This document shows, one piece after another, positions 20,407 to 29,800 of a stretch of 64,000 nucleotides of DNA. The position numbers and the translations under genes are program-made. The stretch comes from an uncultured Gemmatimonadota bacterium (GTDB lineage: Bacteria; JAAXHH01; JABIQT01): NCBI GenBank assembly GCA_964470965.1, contig CAYYIS010000005.1:88057-152056 (forward strand). The letters run 5' to 3'. The notes under the pieces are model-generated. The model was not told the DNA's origin. It did not search any database and worked only from the letters and a program-made list of their open reading frames with translations. The number at the start of each line of letters is the position of its first letter. The stretch's first letter is position 1.

Positions 20407-22671
20407 TTGCCTGCCGAACAGTTAATCTGCTGTTTAGAGACGCAATACCTTCAAATGGACCTTAATAATCGATCCGAGATAGTCAGCATACGCGATCGGG
20501 AGGATGATACGGAGTATCGCCCTCAAACCCGGGGCGCTGCGCTACTCCGGGTGGCATCCGGCGGTGACACGCTGGCGCCCGTAAGCAGCACCTACGATGA
20601 CGAAAACCAGCAACTCCGCCTCCTATTTTCCTCTGATTTATCCGCCATTGTGTCAATCATAACCCGACCGACACACCTCACATTCGAATTGACATCACTG
20701 GAAGGCGAATGTCCGACGCATGCCGTCTGGGGCCCTATACCTACAACCATCGGCGGAATGATCGGCGAAACGGTCGGGGTTGTGCGAAACGAGCGATTCG
20801 CGTTCGGTATACAAGCACTGAACATCCATACTTCTGGAGGCTTCCCGGAAGGATACCCCGAATCCGGCGGGGAAAACGATGCGGCAACGGCAACCGACAC
20901 CGGCAGCGAAGTTCGGGCCTACAGCAGGGCGACAGACGGCGGTGTCCTTCATTCGAAGATCGCACTCTTCGGTTGTCCGGACGCGCTGGCGTTGGAAACC
21001 ATCGGGCGGATTGAGATCGATGAAGGTCTGCCGCATCCTATGCTGGACGGCGAATGGTGCAAAACCGGCCGGACCGCGAGGTCCTCTTATCTGATAACCG
21101 CCTTCGGTGAAGAGACCGTCGATGAGGCGATACGGTACACGCAGATGGCCGGATTCAACTATTTTTACCATGAAGACCCGTTCGAAACCTGGGGACGTTT
21201 CAAGCTGCGGCCGAGCGACTTTCCGAGCGGTGACGCTGGGCTGAAGCAATGTGTGGATAGGGCTGCCGCCTCTGGTCTCCGAATCGGCATACATACATTG
21301 AGCAATTTCATGACCACCAACGATGCGTACGTGACCCCCATGCCCGAGCCGCGTCTGATGCGTTCCGGAACAAGCCGGCTGACGGAAAGGGTGGATGCGG
21401 AATCTACGGAAATTCCGATTGCCGATGGGGGCCCGTTTCAGGACAGGGGCACCGTCTCTGCCGCAGTTGTCGGTAACGAACTCATCCGCTACCGGGCGGT
21501 GTCGAACGAAGCGCCCTGGCGCCTGCTCGGATGTCGACGCGCTGCCTTCGGGACGAAGGCGGAAGCATACGAATCCGGTACAGAAGTAGGCAAGCTGGCG
21601 GATCATCCCTACGGGGTTTTTTTCCCGAACCTGTCTCTTCAGGACGAATTGGCCAACCGCCTGGTCGAACTGTACAACGTTACCGGCCTGCGGCAGATCT
21701 CGTTCGACGGACTGGAAGGGTGCGCCATGACAGGCCACGGCATTTACGCCCACAACCGGTTCGTCACCAAGTGTTTCGACGGATGGAAGTCGGAGGTACT
21801 TAACGACGCCAGCCGGCTGACGCACTACCTGTGGCACATCCACACCCGCATGAACTGGGGCGAACCGTGGGGTAAGGCCACTCGCGAAGGCCAAATCGAA
21901 CATCGTATCATCAATCAGGAATACTTCGAGCGAAACCTGTTCCCCCGGATGTTCGGTTGGTTTCAGTTGCGACTGGCCTCCGGTGACCTGGAAGCAACTT
22001 CACTGGACGATATGGAATGGGTGCTATCGAAATGCGCCGGTTACGATTCAGGGTTCGCACTGTCGGCCAGTCTTGCTGCACTGAAGGGCAACGGTCAGGC
22101 GAACTCCATTTTGATGGCGGCAAAGCAATGGGAGCGGGCACGGCTAGATCATTCCTTTACCGAAAAACAGGTCAGGCAACTCCGGGATCCGGCAAGAGAC
22201 TTTCACCTGGAGCCGGACGGAGAGGCGCAGTGGAGGCTGTACCCTGTCGTTTATTCTCCGACGTACACATACCGGGAGATCATCCTTCAGCCAGGGGAAC
22301 CCGGCGAGGCAGAATGGACGTTTGACAATCCACATGAAGACCAACCGTACCGTTTCATCCTGCGAACCCTACCGGATGTGGGCGTTATAAATGAAGACAC
22401 CGTGGTCAACCCTGTCTTCGAGATCAATTTTTCCGAGGCCGTCCTTCCGGTCCGTCTGTGCCCCTACCAATATCTGGTCTGCGAGGGTGATGGCGTATGT
22501 ACCGTCTACGATATCAACTGGAACCCATTGCAGACGGTGGATCTTCCCCCCGCCTGGCCGACGATCGTACATGGCGAAAATCAAATTCTGTTCTGGTTCG
22601 GAGAGTCCTCAAAGTGCAGCGTGGAGATACGAATCAAAGCCGTGGGACCATGGGATCGGGTTGGGCGGTAA
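20407..22671 (+). CDS. Hypothetical protein, 754 aa, no recognisable family
   Basis: Long ORF with protein-like composition and no signal peptide or TM. GGAGG 7 nt upstream of a TTG start. No motif I can assign. An antisense 402-aa ORF inside it is considered spurious. Confidence 0.5.
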   Translation: MPAEQLICCLETQYLQMDLNNRSEIVSIRDREDDTEYRPQTRGAALLRVASGGDTLAPVSSTYDDENQQLRLLFSSDLSAIVSIITRPTHLTFELTSLEGECPTHAVWGPIPTTIGGMIGETVGVVRNERFAFGIQALNIHTSGGFPEGYPESGGENDAATATDTGSEVRAYSRATDGGVLHSKIALFGCPDALALETIGRIEIDEGLPHPMLDGEWCKTGRTARSSYLITAFGEETVDEAIRYTQMAGFNYFYHEDPFETWGRFKLRPSDFPSGDAGLKQCVDRAAASGLRIGIHTLSNFMTTNDAYVTPMPEPRLMRSGTSRLTERVDAESTEIPIADGGPFQDRGTVSAAVVGNELIRYRAVSNEAPWRLLGCRRAAFGTKAEAYESGTEVGKLADHPYGVFFPNLSLQDELANRLVELYNVTGLRQISFDGLEGCAMTGHGIYAHNRFVTKCFDGWKSEVLNDASRLTHYLWHIHTRMNWGEPWGKATREGQIEHRIINQEYFERNLFPRMFGWFQLRLASGDLEATSLDDMEWVLSKCAGYDSGFALSASLAALKGNGQANSILMAAKQWERARLDHSFTEKQVRQLRDPARDFHLEPDGEAQWRLYPVVYSPTYTYREIILQPGEPGEAEWTFDNPHEDQPYRFILRTLPDVGVINEDTVVNPVFEINFSEAVLPVRLCPYQYLVCEGDGVCTVYDINWNPLQTVDLPPAWPTIVHGENQILFWFGESSKCSVEIRIKAVGPWDRVGR

Positions 22672-22859
22672 AAAAATGACAGAACTTGAAGGCTTGGACG
22701 AGCAGGTATTCCTGGACCACCGGGTTTCTGACCGGACCAGGTCCACGCACCAATCGCCCGTGATCCGCCCATTGGATTAATGCCTGATACCGAACCGGCG
22801 GCACCCTATGGCGTTGAGGTGGTGCGTTGCTGAAGCGATATGAAGTGCCGATATGAAAA

Positions 22860-24239
22860 CTAATCTCGTTTCCGGAACCAGATCCAGTAGACCGGTATGC
22901 CTGCGGCAAGACAGACGAGACCGGGAACAGCCTGAGTGGTATTTTCGACTAGAATCGAGACAATGACGCAGGTAGTGACCAGAAGGAAAAAGAGTGGTAT
23001 CCAGGGATAACACGGTACCCGAAACGGTCTTGGGACATCCGGGTGGCTGCGGCGCAGCTTCAGAAGGGCCACGACGCACAATCCGAAATAGGCGTAGACT
23101 GCATAGACGAAAGCGTTAATGATATCCTGGAACGATCCGAGGAAAGTCCACACCATTGCCCAGAGGGTCAGGGCGACTATGGCTCGCGATGGGGTTCGGT
23201 AAGTAGGGTGTACGTGGGTGAACCATTTGAAGAAGATCCCTTCCTGCGCCATAGCATAGGGCACTCTCGGCGTATACATCAGAATACCGTTCATGGTGCC
23301 GAACGTGGAGATCATCACGGCCAGGGAAATCAGTGAGCCACCGACCGGGCCGATCAACCGCACCGCCACATCCGCAGCCACGCGCTCCGAGGCGGCGATT
23401 TCTTGGATGCTCAAAACATACAGGTAAGACCAGTTGACCGCAATGTACACGAGTGTGCAGGTGCCCAGCCCCAGGAAGATGGCTCGGGGCAGGATACGCT
23501 GGGGATCTTTCACCTCCCCGGCGATAGCGTTGGTGTTGGCCCAGCCCTGATAGGCGAACAGGGCCCCGATCATGGCGGGGCCCATGAGGCCCGCCAGGCC
23601 CCAGTCGATCTTCTGCGGCACCAGAGGTAAAAAATGGTTCCAATCGCCTCCGCCGACCAGAACCGCAACGACTGTGAGACTGACCAGAGCCGCGACCTTA
23701 GCGAAAGTAGTCAGATTCATGACAGCCCCGCCGAAGCGGACCCCGCAATAATTAACGGCGCAGAGTACCCACAGCAATACCCAGATGGCCACCTGCTGCG
23801 TGCTGACCGTTGAACCACCAACGGATATGACCACCGCGTCCGGTGACACCGTCGGTATGAAATACCCAAGATAACTCACGCACACCACCGCGATCGCCGC
23901 AAGTCCGGCGCTCTGTATGAGTACCACCTCCATCCAGCCGTACAGAAACCCGACAACCGGCGGAAACGCCTCCAGCAAATAAACCAACTGTCCTCCACTG
24001 CGCGGCATCATGGCCCCCAGCTCCGCGAAGCACAGCGCCCCGGTAAAACCCATCAGTCCGCCGATAAACCAAACGGACATAAACAACCCGGGATTACCCA
24101 GCGCCTGAGCGATTCCGGCAGGCGCACCGAATATGCCGGACCCGATGATCCCACCGATAACGATGGTCGTGGCGGATGTAAGTCCGAGGTCGCGCGCCAG
24201 CTCGGTTTCGAGGGTAAATCGGTTAGGCAACTGGTTCAT
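22860..24239 (-). CDS. Amino acid permease (APC superfamily)
   Basis: 459 aa, 12 predicted TM segments. N-terminal APC signature TIVIGGIIGSGIFGAP. Confidence 0.8.
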   Translation of the reverse strand: MNQLPNRFTLETELARDLGLTSATTIVIGGIIGSGIFGAPAGIAQALGNPGLFMSVWFIGGLMGFTGALCFAELGAMMPRSGGQLVYLLEAFPPVVGFLYGWMEVVLIQSAGLAAIAVVCVSYLGYFIPTVSPDAVVISVGGSTVSTQQVAIWVLLWVLCAVNYCGVRFGGAVMNLTTFAKVAALVSLTVVAVLVGGGDWNHFLPLVPQKIDWGLAGLMGPAMIGALFAYQGWANTNAIAGEVKDPQRILPRAIFLGLGTCTLVYIAVNWSYLYVLSIQEIAASERVAADVAVRLIGPVGGSLISLAVMISTFGTMNGILMYTPRVPYAMAQEGIFFKWFTHVHPTYRTPSRAIVALTLWAMVWTFLGSFQDIINAFVYAVYAYFGLCVVALLKLRRSHPDVPRPFRVPCYPWIPLFFLLVTTCVIVSILVENTTQAVPGLVCLAAGIPVYWIWFRKRD

Positions 24240-25280
24240 TAATCGGTCGATTCATTGGTTGACTGAAAGGCCATAACTGGATCATTGATGAGGTACAATC
24301 GGCAGAAAGTCAAGGTGTGTTAGGGTCAGATTCCCAGGAAACCCTGTGATGATCTTTTGGGTTTCCTGGGAATTCCTTCTGGTTTGGACCGATTGTAACC
24401 GGGACGAAATTTCGCAACCTTGAGGTTGTTCAGGTACGATAAACGAGATTGAATTCCGGGAGTGGCGGTTAGACTATTTTTTCAACCCCTTCGTTGTGCT
24501 ATTTTCAGATTCTCAGATTTGTTCTAAACAGCTTGAGTATTCGGTTGTATTCATCGGTCCAGCTGTTGGCCTCCCGGAAGCCGTGGTCCCCCATAGGGTA
24601 CATGGCCACCTCCGGTTCTCTTTACCCAATTCGATCAATCGCTGCGACAATCTGACCGGACCGAAACGTGAAAAACCCACATCTTCTGCGTATCCGCACA
24701 GTGGTTGGCGTCAGCGCCGTATGAAAAAATCAGATCACGCATAGCATCGTTTTTTGTAAACCAAATGGTGGGTTCCGGAACGGTCCTGGGGATGCATGCC
24801 ATTCGGACAACATCCCTTGTTCAGAAAAAACGAACGATATCCGATTGATATACCTGGGCTGCCTACCTCTGAGCGTGATTTTGTCTATCATGATCGAACA
24901 GATCCGCATGTTCCGACTTCAGCCGAAAAATCATATCAGCATGTCAGGTTTCGACCGCTGAAGCCAGTGCCGCCTCAGATCCTGCCTCAAGGTGCTTCCG
25001 GCCCCGCTTGGCCTGTTATGAATACCGGAATCGGATGGAGACTTTCCTATTATGACAGCCCTCTCTCGAGGACGCCCGGCGTCCGCTTAGGAACAGGCAG
25101 GAGGATACCCGCATGCAGGAAAAAACCAGCTGAGCGGGGCCCTTGCCGCGGACAAGAGGCTCCCTGTTGCGTTCTGAAAAAAACTTAATGGACTTCAGCC
25201 AGTTTGCAAGGAAAATGAAGCGCGGATATCTGCAATTCTGAAATGCCTTGACAGGGATATTGATAATTCCTACATGGTAG

Positions 25281-26462
25281 GTGGCACAGACGACGATCTT
25301 TAATGCAATATTTACCGCCTCCTGGAAAGGTTCGGGTGAAATGTCCGTCACAACGCCTTTATTGCCGACCGACATACCGGAAGATGTCGGAATATCATCG
25401 GGCACATTCGAGGAAATCAACAGTTATATGCAGTCCTGGATCGAGACGGACCGTGCGGCGGCAGCGGCGATCGGTCTGGCCCGTCGAGGGCGGGTTCTGA
25501 TGCGGGGGGTCGGCAGGATGACGCTGGACTCGGACGGTGTGGTTCTGCCGGCAGACGCAATTTTCCTGGTCGCTTCGATTACCAAGCCTGTGACCTGTGC
25601 CGCGGTAGCGTTGCTACTACAGAAAGGTCTGATACAGATTGATACACCGGTGAGCGCCATCGTTTCGGAATTCCGAGGGCAGGGCAAGGAGACGATCACA
25701 ATCCACCATCTGCTAACGCATACTTCCGGTCTGCCGGACATGATTCCTGAGAACATGGAATACAGGAAGGAATTCCGTCCCTTGGATAAATTCATCGAAC
25801 GAATCTGTACGGTGAATCTGCTTTTTAAACCCGGTACCGGTGTTTCATATCAAAGCACCGGCATCGCTATGCTTGGCGAGATCGTAAAGCGGATTACCGG
25901 AACGCCGTTGCCGGAATTCCTTCACGACGAATTTTTTGTTCCCCTGGGCATGGACGATACCTCTCTGGGCATTCAAAATATAGATGAAAACCGCATCCCG
26001 ACCATCCGTGTCCCGGAGGAGGTGATCGAAGCGGAATGGCACTGGAACCGTGCGTACTGGCGTGGACTGGGGGCGCCGTGGGGCGGTATGTTCACCACGG
26101 TTCGGGATTTGAATATTTTTCTGCAGACCTTCCTCAACGGCGGCGCTTACGGAAACACACGCATTCTCTCACCGGAAACAGTGGCGGGTATGATCGCCAA
26201 TCATACGGATTACATGCCCGATCTGCCCGATGAAGCCAAACAGAAGGCGAACTGGGGCCTGGGCTGGCGGCTCAACGGGCCGACACCATCCTTCGGAGGG
26301 AAGAGTCCGCCATCCCAACAGGCGTTCGGCCATGGCGGCTCTACCGGCACCGAATGCTGGGCGGATCCTGAAACCGGCCTGTCCTGCGCTCTTTTCACGA
26401 CCCAGCCGGAGATGTATGGCAGCGATGAGTTCAAGAGGGTCGCGGACCTGGCAGTACGTTGA
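25281..26462 (+). CDS. Serine hydrolase of the beta-lactamase / penicillin-binding-protein family
   Basis: 393 aa. S-x-x-K active-site motif SITK. YxN-like and HTSG elements of class C/esterase-type enzymes. Likely true start at internal Met around 25340. Confidence 0.7.
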   Translation: MAQTTIFNAIFTASWKGSGEMSVTTPLLPTDIPEDVGISSGTFEEINSYMQSWIETDRAAAAAIGLARRGRVLMRGVGRMTLDSDGVVLPADAIFLVASITKPVTCAAVALLLQKGLIQIDTPVSAIVSEFRGQGKETITIHHLLTHTSGLPDMIPENMEYRKEFRPLDKFIERICTVNLLFKPGTGVSYQSTGIAMLGEIVKRITGTPLPEFLHDEFFVPLGMDDTSLGIQNIDENRIPTIRVPEEVIEAEWHWNRAYWRGLGAPWGGMFTTVRDLNIFLQTFLNGGAYGNTRILSPETVAGMIANHTDYMPDLPDEAKQKANWGLGWRLNGPTPSFGGKSPPSQQAFGHGGSTGTECWADPETGLSCALFTTQPEMYGSDEFKRVADLAVR

Positions 26463-26766
26463 GAGCCATAGGTAGATTAGCGTTCGGATTTGTCTATGTA
26501 CAAACCAGCCACTATCCGTTACGGTCTTCAGCGCGTGGCGGCTGTATACGTTTGACATATCTGAACAAGTATGTCCTGTACACGCGCTAAATGCATGTTA
26601 ATGAATTCGTGATTAACGGGCGGCAGGTTTACCAGGCGGACGAGCCTTCCTTTGCGTTTTTTCCGGTTGCTGGTTCAGGGAGACTTCGATACCGCTTTAA
26701 TCAAACTCAGCACGATGGATTCGCAGCGAGCGGAGTGAGCGGTATTTGGAACCAGACTCCAACAAC

Positions 26767-26801
26767 AAAGGGCGATACCGAATCGACCGGTATCGCCCTT
26801 T
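26767..26801. terminator. Bidirectional intrinsic terminator between convergent genes
   Basis: Perfect 14-bp inverted repeat AAAGGGCGATACCG / CGGTATCGCCCTTT with 7-nt loop, flanked by T-rich tracts on both strands. Sits between the serine hydrolase (+) stop and the NHL/T9SS gene (-) stop. Confidence 0.6.
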
Positions 26802-26828
26802 GTCTTGCTTGCCTGCACCGGCGGGTTC

Positions 26829-29800
26829 CTATTTCAACAACAGCATCTTGCGTGCTTTGCTGAACTCACCGGCTTCGATGCGGTATACGTAGATGCCGCT
26901 GGCAGTCGCCCCCCCGCGTTGGCTCATACCGTTCCAAGAAACCTCATGGAACCCGGCCGCCATGGCCTCATCGTTCAGCAGACGGACCACCTCCTGGCCG
27001 AGTATGTTGTAGACGATCAGCGAGACTTTGGTCGGATTCGGAAGGTCGAAGCGAATCGTAGTGGCCGGATTGAACGGGTTCGGCGCATTCTGATTCAGCG
27101 CGAACGTACTCGGCGCCCCTACACGCAGGCTGATTGGACCGAAACGCCGCATCTCGCCAAGGGCGCTTACCGATTCGATCATGTAGAAGTACCGCTGGTT
27201 CACCTGTACCGCGCCATCCTGGAATTCAAACATGTCGTTTCCAGTGATGAGCTCATCCGTAAGCCGCTCGAAGCCACCGTCGCGGTTCAGACTCCGCAGC
27301 ACATGGAAGCCCGAAAGCGCCGGATCCGGCGTGCCGATAGACCAGGTGACGATCACGACACCTCGATCGGACTCGGCCGCCATGGTAGCCAGAGTTACCG
27401 AGGTCGGCGTGGCAGCGGAGGCCACGAACGACTGACCCGCAGACCACTCGCCGGCAAACGACCCGTCGCTGGCTGTCGAACGCCAGTAATAAGTTACACC
27501 GTCGCTCAATGCCGTGCTGTCCGGCTGGCCGAGATCGAGCACTTGCCAGTTGGTCGGATTGCCGGTCGTGCCTTCGTCAACGCCTTCCCTGGAAGCGATG
27601 ACGCTGGTGAAGCCCGCATCGGTCGCCACCTGGAACGTGTACGTCAGCGTGGCCCGGGACGGATCCCCCGACACGGCTGTGGCATTGGCCACAACCAGAA
27701 CAGGTTTGAGAGAAACCGTATCACCCGTCGCCGGCGTGGTGGCGGTAGGCGCAGTGGCCACCTGTGAGGTTCCGGGCGTCACCGCGCTTGTGCTCGTGGC
27801 AGAGGTGCCCACGTTGCCGGCGTTGTCTATGGCCGTCACGGTGTATGTGTACGTGGTGTCGTTGGTGGCCGTCGGATCCAGCAGTTCCACCTCAGTCACA
27901 TTGGTGGCGATCGTGGTGCTGTTCCGAGTAATGTTGTAACCCATGATCCCGGACGCGTCCGTACTGGCATCCCAGCGTAACAGCACCGCACCACTGCCCG
28001 GAACCGCCGTTGCGGTGGCGGGAGGCGCAGGTTCGGTCAGATCCACATCGGCCGGCGTCGTCACACTGTCCAGATCACTCTTGGCCTGCGGCCGCGGTAC
28101 GCTCTGATCCAGGACGTTCTCCGAACCTACCTGGAAATAGTACGTGCGTCCCAATTCCAGCCCCGTCAACGTTACCGAATGCGAGGTTGCACCAGTCTGG
28201 GTTCCGGTTGTCACCTGGGTCGACAGATCGGACAGCGTGTCGTAATCTACGAAGCTGCTGGCCAGTTTATCGGTGGCCCAGGTGAAAGTGACCGTCGCCG
28301 TGGAGTCCGGTTGGGTGGACGTGGACGTGGCCACGTCAGACACTGCCGGAGTGGCCACGTCGGGTGTGGCCGACGTGGTGAACGTGAATGTGCCACTGGT
28401 ACTCGGTCCGTTATCTGTAACATCGGTGGAGGATACCTTGTAGAAGTACTGCGTACTCGCGCTAAGACCGGTCAGGGTCACTTGATGGTCGGTGACGATA
28501 GCCAAATCGGACGCGGTCGTTATCAGGCTGTCCGCGTTGGTTCCGAACTGCACATCCGAATCGGCGCCTTCGTCGGTGGTCCAGGCGATAATGGCCCTGT
28601 CATCCGACGGTGCGGAAGAGATAGAGGCATCGTCGATGACCGGCGGCGTTGCATCCGCGCTGGCTACCGTGAGTCCCACTGCCTGAGCGCTGGTGGTCGG
28701 TCCGTTGTTGCTCGGATCGATCGACGACACAGTGAAGTCATACGAGGTGTTCGGAGTCAGGTTGCTCAGAGTAAGCTGATGCAGGGTCACCTGATCCGAA
28801 CTGGTAGTGCTCTCGTTGAGGTTGCCACCGATGCCAAAGTCCACCTGGCTGGTCGACAGTTCATCCGTCTCCCACTGGATCACGAGTTGGTTGTCCGTCT
28901 GCGCGACCAAGGACGGCCCGTTCAGGATGATCGGCGCCTGTGTATCAGGCTGTGTGTTGGTTGTGAAGCGCCCGTTGGATCCCGGCACCTGCACGATACC
29001 GGTGATAAACAGCTTGCCGCCGCTGACCACGGGCTTCGCCGTACTGAATTGCGTTTCCGGCGGCCAGATTAGGAACCGTCCGTCCGGCGCCTGAGAGGTG
29101 ATGACCACCAGATACTGTCCGCCCGCGATGAGGCCCGGCAATACGACCCGATGGTTTTTGGTAAAGTCGTCACTGCCCCGGACAAATGCATCATCGAGGT
29201 TAAACGTTCCGGTTCCCGTCGAATCCAACTGAAAGTACGCGAACCCGTTCGACGGTATGTTGGTACGCCAGCGGAACACCACCCGCTCGTCCGACTTGTA
29301 GCCCACTGACGGCGCTCTTGTAAAGCGAAGGGGCGCCACCCGTCCGGACTGCTTCGTCCTGAACCAGCCGGTACGGCTGACGGCCGACTGACCGTTGGAG
29401 CGTGTGGCTTTGACGAAATAGCTATACCTTGTTTCAGGCTTGAGATTAGTCAGAATCGCCGTCGGGCTGGTCGAAGGATCCGAGACCGTTTCGGACAATG
29501 TGTCCGTGGAATCTGCCTCCCAGTAAAAAGCCTCCAGCTGGACCGGGAAGCTTGAGACGATCGAGATGAGCGCGGTCGTGTCCGTTGTGGCGAAGTCATC
29601 CACCTTCCTCACACGGAAGACCGGCGGCAGTGTATCGATGGTCGCCCGCGTGAGGAACGAGATGGTATCGCTGGATACCGTCTGGCTGCCGGTAGCACTG
29701 AACACCACCTGATACCGTTTGCCCGCGATAAGGCCGGATAGTGTGATAAAATGGCTCTTCTTTTTTTTGTTATCTTCGACAAGTTGAGTAAGTGTTCCTG

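Noticed and set aside
20695-21903. 402-aa antisense ORF inside the 754-aa gene; also long antisense ORFs inside the 1748-aa NHL/T9SS gene (28179-29072, 30915-32051) and 7212-8006 opposite the DUF58/vWA genes
   Set aside because: Arg/Pro/Gly-rich low-complexity translations typical of stop-codon-poor GC-rich antisense frames. They fully overlap well-supported genes.
24796-25188. 130-aa ORF in the 1-kb intergenic gap
   Set aside because: Pro/Arg/Gly-rich and not protein-like. No RBS. Treated as non-coding.
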